From a virus (taxonomy: Duplodnaviria > Caudoviricetes): 34,340 nt of DNA. Positions 16,697-25,571 of this stretch are shown here, in pieces. The DNA lies in the IMG/VR virus record IMGVR_UViG_3300020045_003826, positions 1-34,340 of that record; one strand, given 5' to 3'. Under the pieces are notes generated by a model. The model was not told the origin of the DNA. It saw only the letters and a list, made by a program, of their open reading frames with translations, and searched no databases. The position numbers and the translations under genes are program-made. The stretch's first letter is position 1. Each line of letters begins with the position of its first letter.

Positions 16697-17347
16697 ATGA
16701 AAGCGCATTACGACATAATACAAGGATCTGACGAATGGCATGAAATACGTTACGGTAAAATAGGGGGCACTTTAGCAAGTGGCTTATTTATTAAATCTGA
16801 TAATTTATTACATGAAATTTTAGCAGATAAGACTGAGGAATTTGAATTAGATTTTGATTCTTTTACTTCAAAAGAAATGCAACGAGGTAATGATTTAGAA
16901 CCAATTGCAAGGGAACATTTAACTAAATATACCGGGATTGAATTTAAAGAATGTGGGTGGTTACAATGTTTAGAAAACGAATTGATGGGAATAAGTCCCG
17001 ATGGAATAAATGAAGATGAAACTATACAATGTGAGATAAAGTGTCCAGGTTCTAAAGCTCACATTAAAATGATTTTATCTAATGAAATACCTTTAGAATA
17101 TATTAATCAATGCTTACACGCTTTTACTGTTAATCCTAAATTAGAAAAACTTTGCTTTTGTTCGTTTAGACCGGAAAACATTAAGCCGTTATTCGTTAAG
17201 GAGCTTTATAAGGATAGTATGATTAATATGGGTACAAATGCTAAGCCTGTAATGATGACTGTTAATGATGGGGTTATTTTAGCAAAAGGCGCTGCTTTAC
17301 AATTAAGTAAGCAAGTTGATGAAAAATTAAAACAAATTTCTTTTTAA
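16697..17347 (+). CDS. YqaJ/lambda-type exonuclease
   Basis: QGSDEWHEIRYGKIGGT, MQRGNDLEP, SPDG, EIKCP motifs. Confidence 0.9.
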   Translation: MKAHYDIIQGSDEWHEIRYGKIGGTLASGLFIKSDNLLHEILADKTEEFELDFDSFTSKEMQRGNDLEPIAREHLTKYTGIEFKECGWLQCLENELMGISPDGINEDETIQCEIKCPGSKAHIKMILSNEIPLEYINQCLHAFTVNPKLEKLCFCSFRPENIKPLFVKELYKDSMINMGTNAKPVMMTVNDGVILAKGAALQLSKQVDEKLKQISF

Positions 17348-17682
17348 TGTATAGAGTAGAACTAAAACCCTTATCAGTAAATGCTGCATGGAAAGGTAGG
17401 CGGATGCGTTCACATTTATATAACGCATACGAAAAAACTTTAATGCTCATTTTACCTAAAGTAAATATTGAATTGGATAAAAAGAAACGCTATCAAATTA
17501 CTTTAAAATGGGGTTTTAGTTCTGCCTCATCTGACTGGGATAATCCTATAAAACCAACTCAAGACGTTATTGCTAAAAAATACGGATTCAATGATAAGTT
17601 AATTAAACGAGCTATTGTAGAAGTTGAAAATGTAAAAAAAGGTAAGGAGTATTTTGAATTTAATATTGAAGAAATAAACTAA
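17347..17682 (+). CDS. rusA: RusA-like Holliday junction resolvase
   Basis: PLSVN, DWDNPIKPTQD, FND motifs. Confidence 0.8.
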   Translation: MYRVELKPLSVNAAWKGRRMRSHLYNAYEKTLMLILPKVNIELDKKKRYQITLKWGFSSASSDWDNPIKPTQDVIAKKYGFNDKLIKRAIVEVENVKKGKEYFEFNIEEIN

Positions 17683-17731
17683 CGCTTTACACCCTTACTT
17701 TAAACTGTTGAAAAAGTCTTGATTTTGTTAC

Positions 17732-17877
17732 TAACGTTTTACGAGTTGCCTAAATTATTATTTGTACTTTTACAGAACTTCCTCACTATGAAAAAATTAA
17801 ATAATCCAATTACGTACATTGCCAATAGCTAATTCTTAGCGAGTGGGGAAGTCTTTGTGCGTAGTTGGTTGTTATTT
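17732..17877 (+). promoter_or_regulatory. Replication-module promoter and structured leader with 14-aa uORF
   Basis: 24-bp motif 17732-17755; TACTTTTA 17765-17772; 13-bp stem 17806-17818/17856-17868; uORF 17788-17832. Confidence 0.6.
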
Positions 17878-17880
17878 CAA

Positions 17881-18036
17881 ATGACTACATTAAAATTAGC
17901 AAGGGAAGAATTTAACCGTACTTCTCCATTACTTAAACCTCATTTATGTAAAGATAAATTGACTGGTAAGTATTTCGTAACACTCATTTTCTCAAAAGAA
18001 TTTTGTATTAAAAAAGGATTTAAAGTACTTAAATAA
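17881..18036 (+). CDS. Hypothetical protein, 51 aa
   Basis: MTTLKLAREEFNRTSPLLKPHLCKDK...GFKVLK*; ends 1 nt before initiator start. Confidence 0.6.
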   Translation: MTTLKLAREEFNRTSPLLKPHLCKDKLTGKYFVTLIFSKEFCIKKGFKVLK

Positions 18037-18037
18037 C

Positions 18038-18628
18038 ATGGCAAAAGACCCGGCATTTTTATTTTATCCAGGAGATTTTATGACAGGAACTCAGTTTTTT
18101 TCAGATGAACAAGTGGGTAAATATTTACGTTTATTATTAGCTCAACATCAATTAGGGCATTTAAAGGAATCTCATATGATTATGATATGTAAATCATATG
18201 ATAATGATATCTTTTCTAAGTTCGTTAAAGATAGTGATGGTAATTACTTCAATCAAAGACTTGAAGAAGAGATAGTTAAACGCAAAAATTATAGTCAAAG
18301 TAGGGGTAAAAATAGGAGTAGTAAAAATCTCATATCAAAATCATATGATAATCATATGGAAGATAGAAATAAAGATATAAATATAACTACTACTACTATA
18401 AATATAATAGACACGTTTTTTGAAAGTTTAGAAAATTCATCTGACTTTGAAAACATAGTAAGGATTAACAAATTTGAAAGAGAGCTGACAAAACAAAAGT
18501 TAGCTGAATTTAGAAAGTTTGCAGAATTAGAATATCCAAACTATGCAAAGTTTGCGTCTCATTTTAAAAATTGGATTATCAAAAACCCTCCGATTGATTC
18601 AAACACACCCTTAAAAATGGTTTACTAA
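18038..18628 (+). CDS. Replication initiator (DUF1376/YdaU-like)
   Basis: MAKDPAFLFYPGDF...EQVGKYLRLL...NQRLEEE; contains iteron-like repeats. Confidence 0.8.
   Translation: MAKDPAFLFYPGDFMTGTQFFSDEQVGKYLRLLLAQHQLGHLKESHMIMICKSYDNDIFSKFVKDSDGNYFNQRLEEEIVKRKNYSQSRGKNRSSKNLISKSYDNHMEDRNKDINITTTTINIIDTFFESLENSSDFENIVRINKFERELTKQKLAEFRKFAELEYPNYAKFASHFKNWIIKNPPIDSNTPLKMVY
18168..18360. repeat. Iteron-like repeats, probable replication origin
   Basis: AAATCATATGATAAT at 18191 and 18338; AATCTCATAT at 18168 and 18326; ATCATATGG at 18351; AT-rich tract follows. Confidence 0.65.
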
Positions 18629-18629
18629 C

Positions 18630-20420
18630 ATGGCAGATTTAAAAGTAATCAACCTGGTTGACAAAAAAGAATACATCATTTCACCTAATAAAACAGGGGA
18701 AAACACAATCATTTGCCCGGTATGTAGTCATGATAGAAAAAAGAAAACTGATAAATGTTTTGGTTTTAATCTTCATAAGGGAGTAGGAAAATGCAATCAT
18801 TGTGGAGTTGTTTTAGTTGAGCATAAAGAGTTTGAAAAGAAACACACACAAATTGAATATAAGCGACCTAAATATGTAAGTGGCACTATGTATTCAAAAA
18901 ACGTTTTGGAGTTCTTTACTGCACGTAAGGTTAGTGAAAACACCCTATTAGAGTTAAAAGTTTCAGAGGGCTTGGAATGGATGCCACAATTTAACGCAAA
19001 CGTTCCAACAATTCAATTTAATTATTTTAGAAATGGCGAACTCATAAATACAAAATTTAGAGGTAAAAGCAAATCATTTAAATTATTTAAAGATGGGGAA
19101 TTGATTTTATATAACCTGGACTGTTCTATTAATCATGAAACTATAATAATTGTTGAGGGCGAAATGGACTGTTTAGCAATTTATGAATGTGGTTTTAAAA
19201 ACGTTGTATCTGTTCCAAACGGTGCTAATACAGGAAAAAATAACCTCACTTATTTAGATAATTGCATCGATTCATTTTCAGAAAATACAAAGTTTATTTT
19301 AGCCTTAGACAACGATACCGCTGGGATTAATCTACAAAACGAATTAGCCAGGCGATTAGGTTTTGAAAATTGCACAAAGGTAACGTTTAAGGACTGTAAG
19401 GATGCAAATGACTGTTTAATTAAATACGATAAGCAAACGGTTATTAATTGCATCCAGGAAGCTAAAGAGTTTCCGATAACGGGAGTTTTTAACGCTAATG
19501 ATATTGAAGCGGATATTTACAATTACTACAATAACGGTTTACCTAGTGGGTGTGGTATTGGAATGGCTGAAATGGATATGCACTTGAAATTTCAAGAGGG
19601 ATATTTAACTACAATTACAGGAATACCGGGACATGGCAAAAGTGAGTTTTTAGATTTTTTATTATGCCGTTTAAATATTTCACATGATTGGAAAACCGCT
19701 TTATACAGTCCCGAAAACCACCCTTTAGAATTACACTTTAGTAAGTTTGCTGAGAAAATTACCGGGAAATCATTTGAGGGAAATAACAAAATGAGCCCCT
19801 TAGACTTACGGCAAATGATTAAATACCATGCTGAAAACTTCTTTTTTATTAACCCGGAAACGGATTTTAAACTAGAAAATATTTTAGATAGTGTTAGGCA
19901 GTTAGTAAGGAAAAAAGGAGTAAAGGCTTTTGTTATTGATGCCTGGAATAAATTAGACCACCAATACACTACAAACGAAACCAAGTACATATCTGAACAG
20001 TTAGATAAGATTACAATGTTTTGCGAAAAAAACAAAGTCCATTGTTTCCTGGTTGCACATCCTACCAAAATACAAAAAGATAAAGCTACCGGGAAATATG
20101 AGATTCCTAACCTTTATTCAATTAGTGGATCTGCTAACTTTTACAATAAGACCGCAAACGGAATAACAGTTTACCGGGACTTTGAAACCGGGACTACTGA
20201 AATTTATATCCAAAAAGTAAAGTTCAAACATTGGGGTAAAGTTGGATGTGTTCAGTTTGCATGGGATTACACAAATGGCAGGTATTACAAAGGGCAGCCT
20301 AATTCAGATTCATGGATTAATGTTGAACAACCCAAACCATTAGAAAACAACACTAATTTTTTAACCGAAACCAAAGAACCCGATTTAGTATTAAATACTG
20401 ATTTAGCAAACCCTTTTTAA
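18630..20420 (+). CDS. Primase-helicase (T7 gp4/Twinkle-like)
   Basis: Zn finger CPVC/CNHC, TOPRIM EGEMD and DND, Walker A GIPGHGKS, VIDAW, LVAHP. Confidence 0.93.
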   Translation: MADLKVINLVDKKEYIISPNKTGENTIICPVCSHDRKKKTDKCFGFNLHKGVGKCNHCGVVLVEHKEFEKKHTQIEYKRPKYVSGTMYSKNVLEFFTARKVSENTLLELKVSEGLEWMPQFNANVPTIQFNYFRNGELINTKFRGKSKSFKLFKDGELILYNLDCSINHETIIIVEGEMDCLAIYECGFKNVVSVPNGANTGKNNLTYLDNCIDSFSENTKFILALDNDTAGINLQNELARRLGFENCTKVTFKDCKDANDCLIKYDKQTVINCIQEAKEFPITGVFNANDIEADIYNYYNNGLPSGCGIGMAEMDMHLKFQEGYLTTITGIPGHGKSEFLDFLLCRLNISHDWKTALYSPENHPLELHFSKFAEKITGKSFEGNNKMSPLDLRQMIKYHAENFFFINPETDFKLENILDSVRQLVRKKGVKAFVIDAWNKLDHQYTTNETKYISEQLDKITMFCEKNKVHCFLVAHPTKIQKDKATGKYEIPNLYSISGSANFYNKTANGITVYRDFETGTTEIYIQKVKFKHWGKVGCVQFAWDYTNGRYYKGQPNSDSWINVEQPKPLENNTNFLTETKEPDLVLNTDLANPF

Positions 20421-20430
20421 AATAGAAATT

Positions 20431-20688
20431 ATGAAAAAACTAACAGAACAAGAGATTGAGAAATTGGCATTGGATAATTTGGAATATTATTCAGATGATG
20501 ATAAAAATAGATGTTCAAAACAGATAAAAGAATCATTTATAGAAGGCTTTCAATCCTGCCAAGAGTTGAATGAGAAAGAGAGTGATGTTTATACAGATGG
20601 CGAACTGTTACAAATATTATTAAGTGAAGATATGAATGATGTTCGTATTACTAAAATTAACCAACTGTTCAAACAATCTAAAAAATAA
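20431..20688 (+). CDS. Hypothetical modular protein
   Basis: 85 aa; shares segments with next ORF. Confidence 0.65.
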   Translation: MKKLTEQEIEKLALDNLEYYSDDDKNRCSKQIKESFIEGFQSCQELNEKESDVYTDGELLQILLSEDMNDVRITKINQLFKQSKK

Positions 20689-20694
20689 GTAAAG

Positions 20695-21027
20695 ATGAAT
20701 CTAATAGAACAAAATATCAAATATATATTAAAAAATAAAATATTTCCTGTATTAGATGAATGCATGGACGCTAATATAGATGAGTCGTGCTTCACTAATG
20801 CTGCGAAAGAAATATTTAAACTTTTCCAATCCTGTCAAAAGTTGCATGATAGTGATAATATCACTGATGCTATTGAATTTCAAGAATGGATTAATGGAAA
20901 AAAATCAATGTATATATTAGAACAAAGTCATCCTTTGAATATATGGGTTTTTTATGGTTCTGGATATGAAAAAAAAGTCACATTGAATGAACTTTACCAA
21001 CTATTCAAACAATCTAAAGAATACTAA
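20695..21027 (+). CDS. Hypothetical modular protein
   Basis: 110 aa; shares FQSCQ and QLFKQSK with previous ORF. Confidence 0.65.
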   Translation: MNLIEQNIKYILKNKIFPVLDECMDANIDESCFTNAAKEIFKLFQSCQKLHDSDNITDAIEFQEWINGKKSMYILEQSHPLNIWVFYGSGYEKKVTLNELYQLFKQSKEY

Positions 21028-21028
21028 A

Positions 21029-21505
21029 ATGCAAACCCTAGACAATGCCGTTAAAATGTTTGTAGCTATATCTACAACTTTAGACGATGAGAGAATAAGA
21101 TTTACAGGAACGTTTACAAAGCGAGAAAAACAAGGTTTTAACGCTTTAATTGAATCGCTAAACTCTTTCAAAGGAACTATTAAAGCTAATATGAAAGCCG
21201 ATAATATCAATGAATGTGAACGAATACAAGACTATATCCATGATTTAGTTTCTGATTTAATCAAAGACGGTTCAAAAGATATTCAAGTGTTTGCTGCTTT
21301 ATGTAGGATGCTTAAAATAATCTATCTAAAGTATATCGGTGGTAAATTTAAACATAACGATAAAGAAAAGTTTGTAAGCCTTTATTTAATAGCTAATGGA
21401 TTTAGCAATATGATTGAGAATAACGAATTAATTAATTCAGACATGGAGCATTTTTGTTTGACTTTGATTGAGGGTAGGGAGTTTAAAAGAAATAAAGTAG
21501 CGTAA
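21029..21505 (+). CDS. Hypothetical protein
   Basis: Start likely ATG 21029 just after upstream stop. Confidence 0.6.
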   Translation: MQTLDNAVKMFVAISTTLDDERIRFTGTFTKREKQGFNALIESLNSFKGTIKANMKADNINECERIQDYIHDLVSDLIKDGSKDIQVFAALCRMLKIIYLKYIGGKFKHNDKEKFVSLYLIANGFSNMIENNELINSDMEHFCLTLIEGREFKRNKVA

Positions 21506-21559
21506 TGCTTTAACAGATATGAGAAAAGAATTAAATAAACAAAATAAATAGTAGAAATT

Positions 21560-22390
21560 ATGATATACAGAGACCATTTCCAAAATTACAAATCGTACGG
21601 AATACCAAAAGCACAATTAATAATAGCAGATATACCTTACAATTTAGGTAATAACGCCTACGCATCAAATCCGGCATGGTATAAAGACGGTGATAATAGC
21701 AACGGAGAAAGTGCTTTAGCGGGTAAAAGTTTTTTTGATACCGATGAAGACTTTAGACCTGCTGAGTTTATGCACTTTTGTAGCACAATGTTAAAAGCTG
21801 AGAAAAAAACCGTAAAAATTGAAGGCGAAGCGAGGCAAAAAGGTGATGCTCCTTGCATGATTATATTTTGCGCTTTTGACCAACAAATGTATTTAATTGA
21901 ATTGGCAAAAAAACATGGTTTAAAAAATTACATAAACTTAGTTTTTCGCAAAAACTTTTCAGCTCAGGTTTTAAAAGCAAATATGAAAGTTGTAGGTAAT
22001 TGTGAATACGGCTTAGTTTTATACAGAGACAAATTGCCAAAATTCAGAAACAACGGCAAAATGATTTTTAATTGTATTGACTGGCCAAGAGACGGAGAAA
22101 GTGAAAAAATACACCCAACACAAAAACCTGTTGAATTATTAAAAAAATTAATATCAATTTTTACTGATGAAGGTGATGTAGTAATTGACCCATGCGCTGG
22201 GAGTGGCTCAACTTTGATAGCAGCCGAAAGATTAAACAGAAAAGGTTTTGGCTTTGAAATTAAAAAAGAGTTTTGGACTAAAGCTAATCAATGGCTAACT
22301 GAAGAAAAACAAATAAGGTCTGATGTATCAGAGTTTGGATTTAATAAATCTCAACTTGAAAAGGTGGCGCCTACTTTGTGGACTATTTAA
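21560..22390 (+). CDS. Orphan N6A/N4C DNA methyltransferase (beta class)
   Basis: Motif IV DIPY N-terminal, HPTQKP, motif I DPCAGSGS C-terminal; no cognate REase recognised. Confidence 0.9.
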   Translation: MIYRDHFQNYKSYGIPKAQLIIADIPYNLGNNAYASNPAWYKDGDNSNGESALAGKSFFDTDEDFRPAEFMHFCSTMLKAEKKTVKIEGEARQKGDAPCMIIFCAFDQQMYLIELAKKHGLKNYINLVFRKNFSAQVLKANMKVVGNCEYGLVLYRDKLPKFRNNGKMIFNCIDWPRDGESEKIHPTQKPVELLKKLISIFTDEGDVVIDPCAGSGSTLIAAERLNRKGFGFEIKKEFWTKANQWLTEEKQIRSDVSEFGFNKSQLEKVAPTLWTI

Positions 22391-22462
22391 CCCCCCTTTT
22401 TACAACAAATCTAACCTATTGATTGACATGGGTATAATATCAAAAGACAAAGTAAAAGAGAT

Positions 22463-22645
22463 ATGAAAAACGAAACTCCATTTAAAGGCTCGCAGTTAGA
22501 AACGGAAATAAGAAATACAACTGATTCTGAAAAACTTAAAAAAATGCACCAACTAATAAATGGAGGTTTTGAAAATCAACCCGAATCTATATTTTGGAAA
22601 GAAGCATTTGAAATGATTGATAAAAAAATTAAAACCAATAATTAA
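22463..22645 (+). CDS. Hypothetical protein
   Basis: 60 aa ORF. Confidence 0.55.
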   Translation: MKNETPFKGSQLETEIRNTTDSEKLKKMHQLINGGFENQPESIFWKEAFEMIDKKIKTNN

Positions 22646-22678
22646 ATAATAACCAATATTACACAGATAATTTAAAAT

Positions 22679-22927
22679 ATGGATAAGCAAACACAAATAA
22701 ACCTCATAGCGGGTAGGATAATTGACGAGCACAGAAAGCACAGTTTACGGATGCCTGATGAATGGCACTTAATAGCTGCTAGTAAAATCTATTCACAATG
22801 GAGTGAGTATTATCAAACTAATGAATCTATAACTATTGAAATGTTAAAGCAACAAATTAATAACATGGATAGTGAGATTGCAAGATTAAAGGAATTTGAA
22901 TTTATGTATAACGGATTAAACAAATAA
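22679..22927 (+). CDS. Hypothetical protein
   Basis: 82 aa, C-terminal coiled coil. Confidence 0.6.
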   Translation: MDKQTQINLIAGRIIDEHRKHSLRMPDEWHLIAASKIYSQWSEYYQTNESITIEMLKQQINNMDSEIARLKEFEFMYNGLNK

Positions 22928-22931
22928 CACC

Positions 22932-23219
22932 ATGAAACCAACATTAGAACAAACGCCCGATATGTTAGCCAATCTAACTACTATGGTAGAAAATTTAACA
23001 AAGTCATTAAGTGATACAAAAGAACGAGAGGAAATACTTTGCCGTCAACAAGTAGCTAATATGTTTTTGGATAAAAACGGTAAACCTGTTAGTCCCGATA
23101 CTATAACAAGATGGGTAAATAACGGCTCACTTCCTGCTTATGGTCAGGGTAAAGGAATGTATTTTTTCCGTTCAGAGGTGTTTCAATTTCTTAAGGGTTG
23201 TAAATATAAAGCAGCGTAA
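22932..23219 (+). CDS. xis: Excisionase (MerR/HTH_17-like)
   Basis: LCRQQVANMF...VSPDTITRWVNNGSLPAY...YFFRSEV; convergent with integrase. Confidence 0.75.
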   Translation: MKPTLEQTPDMLANLTTMVENLTKSLSDTKEREEILCRQQVANMFLDKNGKPVSPDTITRWVNNGSLPAYGQGKGMYFFRSEVFQFLKGCKYKAA

Positions 23220-23221
23220 TT

Positions 23222-23416
23222 ATGAAAACGGCAATACAGCTATTACAAGAAAGATTACTAAATGATTTAAAAATATTCCCACAGTACAAAGAATATATTG
23301 ATGGAATATTATATGATATTTATAATGAATTAGAAGCTATTGAGGAAAATCAAATAAAAGAATCTTATGAATTAGGATGTAGAACTGCTGCTGATGATAT
23401 ATTTAGCAGAATATAA
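23222..23416 (+). CDS. Hypothetical protein
   Basis: 64 aa, MKTAIQ...EENQIKESY pattern. Confidence 0.6.
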   Translation: MKTAIQLLQERLLNDLKIFPQYKEYIDGILYDIYNELEAIEENQIKESYELGCRTAADDIFSRI

Positions 23417-23436
23417 ATAACTAAAACAAAATAATT

Positions 23437-23760
23437 ATGAAAACAAAACTATACGGAGCATCGGATGACTTAATCGAAATTGAAGGATTTGCATATGATG
23501 AAATTGATTGCTATGAACATAAAAGACCTATAAAATTTGAGTGTTCAGATGGAACTATTGGAACTATTTTTTATAATGGAGAGTGGAAAATAAATGTAAA
23601 AATATGTGGGAATAAATATTTAAGAGTAATTGATTCGGTTGGTGACGAAAACAGACACGATGAACCAAATGCAACTATTCCATCATATTCAGATATTTTA
23701 ATTTTAGATTCTGGCATTGAGTGGATTAAAATTAAAGGTATGGTAATTAAGGATAATTAA
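23437..23760 (+). CDS. Hypothetical protein
   Basis: 107 aa, YGASDDLIEIEG motif. Confidence 0.65.
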   Translation: MKTKLYGASDDLIEIEGFAYDEIDCYEHKRPIKFECSDGTIGTIFYNGEWKINVKICGNKYLRVIDSVGDENRHDEPNATIPSYSDILILDSGIEWIKIKGMVIKDN

Positions 23761-23814
23761 CTAAAAATACTCAGCTAATTGCAAAGCCTTTTGTGTATCA
23801 CTTTTACCGATATA
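23757..23814 (-). pseudogene. Orphan duplicate of integrase 3' end
   Basis: Encodes YIGKSDTQKALQLAEYF* versus integrase YIGKSDSQKALQLAEYF* (24099-24152); offset 338 bp. Confidence 0.9.
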
Positions 23815-23833
23815 AAACTTAAAAATATTAAAA

Positions 23834-24085
23834 ATGGAAACAAAGAAAAATAAAAAAGATTGCGATAATGGATTTCATGGTGATTGTTGCTGTAACTGCG
23901 CTAAACTATGTGTAATAAATAAACATCCATGGAATATTACCGAAATAGCCAAAGGAAGTATATTAGAATCTTTTGCGTATGGGTGTATGAATACGTTTGG
24001 AGATGAAAAGAAAAACAAAATAAGGTCTATAACATTCTCGGATAAATTACATGGTATGTGTGAATGTCATCAAAGAAATAAATAA
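23834..24085 (+). CDS. Cys/His-rich small protein carried between the two integrase tails
   Basis: 83 aa; CCCNC, KHPW, HGMCECH; probable metal binding. Confidence 0.7.
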   Translation: METKKNKKDCDNGFHGDCCCNCAKLCVINKHPWNITEIAKGSILESFAYGCMNTFGDEKKNKIRSITFSDKLHGMCECHQRNK

Positions 24086-24098
24086 TATTTTATTTTAA

Positions 24099-25304
24099 CT
24101 AAAAATACTCAGCTAACTGTAACGCTTTCTGACTATCTGATTTACCGATATACTCCAAAAACATTTTTTCAGTTGAATGTCCTGTAACCCCGATTAGTAA
24201 AGACGTAGGAATAATACCATAGTTATTTGTGGCAAAAGACCGCCTACCGATATGACTTGTTACCAATTCCCATTTTTCAAAAGTTCCCGATTCTTTGCGT
24301 GTAATTCCATTTTCCGTTTTAGTCTTTGAGCCTTTAACCTTTTCGTTAAGTTCTGCTATTTTACAGACTTCTTTGATGTAAAGGTTATAATTTACGTCTG
24401 AAATTTGTCTAGGAAATTCGCCATCTCTTTTATCCAAAATCCTTAAAACTCTTTTACTTAAAGGTACAGTCATATCTTTTTTTGTCTTTTTTTGAGTAAA
24501 TTCAATTAAAGGTTTATTGTTTTCCTGCCTTCTCATTTTTTTATCAAATCGTAGAAAGTCGGAAACCCTTTGACCTGTTTCGCAGGAAATCAATAACCAA
24601 TCCCGGGCATTATCCAAATATCCATTATCTAAACTTTCATCTTCTATTTTTTGCAGTTCATCAAGTGTTAAATATATCTTATCAATTTTATGGTATTTTG
24701 CCGTAAATAAATCCAATTCAGAATGGGTAGGTATTTGTTTAATTCGAGCGTGTAAGCATATCGTTTTAATCATATTGATATATTTAGCTGAACTATTTGC
24801 AGCATATTTTTGCTCGCTAAAGTAATTTTGACAAAGTAATTTAAAATCCAATCCCACCTCCTTAACTTGAAATTCCCTTTTAACTGACTTTTGGAATCTT
24901 AAAAGTATATCCTTAATGACCTTTATTTTATTTATTGTTGCATAGCTTAATTCCTTGCCTCGTGCTGTTAAATAATACTCAAAGTAATCAACTAACTTGT
25001 TTGGAATTTCAGTCTGTTCTATCGGGTTAATAAATGCCTTTAACCATGTGCTATTTATTATTTCATTTTCCGATTTATTGTAGTAGTTTAGCAGCTTAGA
25101 TTTAAAACTCTCCAAATCAAAATCGAGGTTTCTTAAATCAATGTTCTTTGTATGCTTTGGCTTTCCTTTTGAATCGCTCCAATCATCGGGATTAATAGAT
25201 AGTTTAGTCTTTGCTTTGGCGTCTACTTTGCGACCATCTCTTAAACGTACATAGATTCCAGAGGGGTTTGTTTTGGATTGAATAAAGAAGTTAATCGTAG
25301 GCAT
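24099..25304 (-). CDS. int: Tyrosine integrase (Bacteroidota arm-binding + SAM-like + catalytic)
   Basis: TGQRVSD, KKT, SHIGRRSFAT, TGHS, catalytic Tyr in EYIG; ATG 25304 lies 3 nt after TATATTTG (track TTG 25310 lies inside the promoter box). Confidence 0.95.
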   Translation of the reverse strand: MPTINFFIQSKTNPSGIYVRLRDGRKVDAKAKTKLSINPDDWSDSKGKPKHTKNIDLRNLDFDLESFKSKLLNYYNKSENEIINSTWLKAFINPIEQTEIPNKLVDYFEYYLTARGKELSYATINKIKVIKDILLRFQKSVKREFQVKEVGLDFKLLCQNYFSEQKYAANSSAKYINMIKTICLHARIKQIPTHSELDLFTAKYHKIDKIYLTLDELQKIEDESLDNGYLDNARDWLLISCETGQRVSDFLRFDKKMRRQENNKPLIEFTQKKTKKDMTVPLSKRVLRILDKRDGEFPRQISDVNYNLYIKEVCKIAELNEKVKGSKTKTENGITRKESGTFEKWELVTSHIGRRSFATNNYGIIPTSLLIGVTGHSTEKMFLEYIGKSDSQKALQLAEYF

Positions 25305-25319
25305 GGGCAAATATAATAA

Positions 25320-25547
25320 TTTAGTCCACCATTAGCCCACAATCATACGGTCTAATGTTGTTAATTAACGTTTAAACAAGTAAAGAGAATTGTAAAAGGT
25401 TAGTGTTTAAAAGGTTTAAACGGTTTTGAATTTGTTTAGATTTGTTTAATCTGTCCTTAGCAAAGCCACTTTTTAAAATTAAGTTTGTAATGATAGTAAA
25501 GGTTTACAAAGATTGAGTGTTTATTTTAGTCCACCATTAGACCACAA
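25320..25547. mobile_element. attP with paired arm-type direct repeats
   Basis: TTTAGTCCACCATTAG(C/A)CCACAA at 25320-25342 and 25525-25547 flanking an AT-rich spacer with repeated GTTTA(A); core not pinpointed. Confidence 0.75.
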
Positions 25548-25571
25548 AGGATTAATTAGTATATTTGATTT

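Noticed and set aside
15043-17826. TTGCCAAT shared by the sRNA and the replication leader
   Set aside because: Same-sense 8-mer that cannot pair; compatible with chance.
21560-22390. Complete restriction-modification system
   Set aside because: No adjacent endonuclease recognised.
23414-23436. Third integrase-tail remnant (TAACTAAAA)
   Set aside because: Only 9 AT-rich nt, typical of pre-start regions here.
25320-25547. CRISPR mini-array
   Set aside because: Only two repeats, 182-nt spacer, beside int; arm-type sites fit better.
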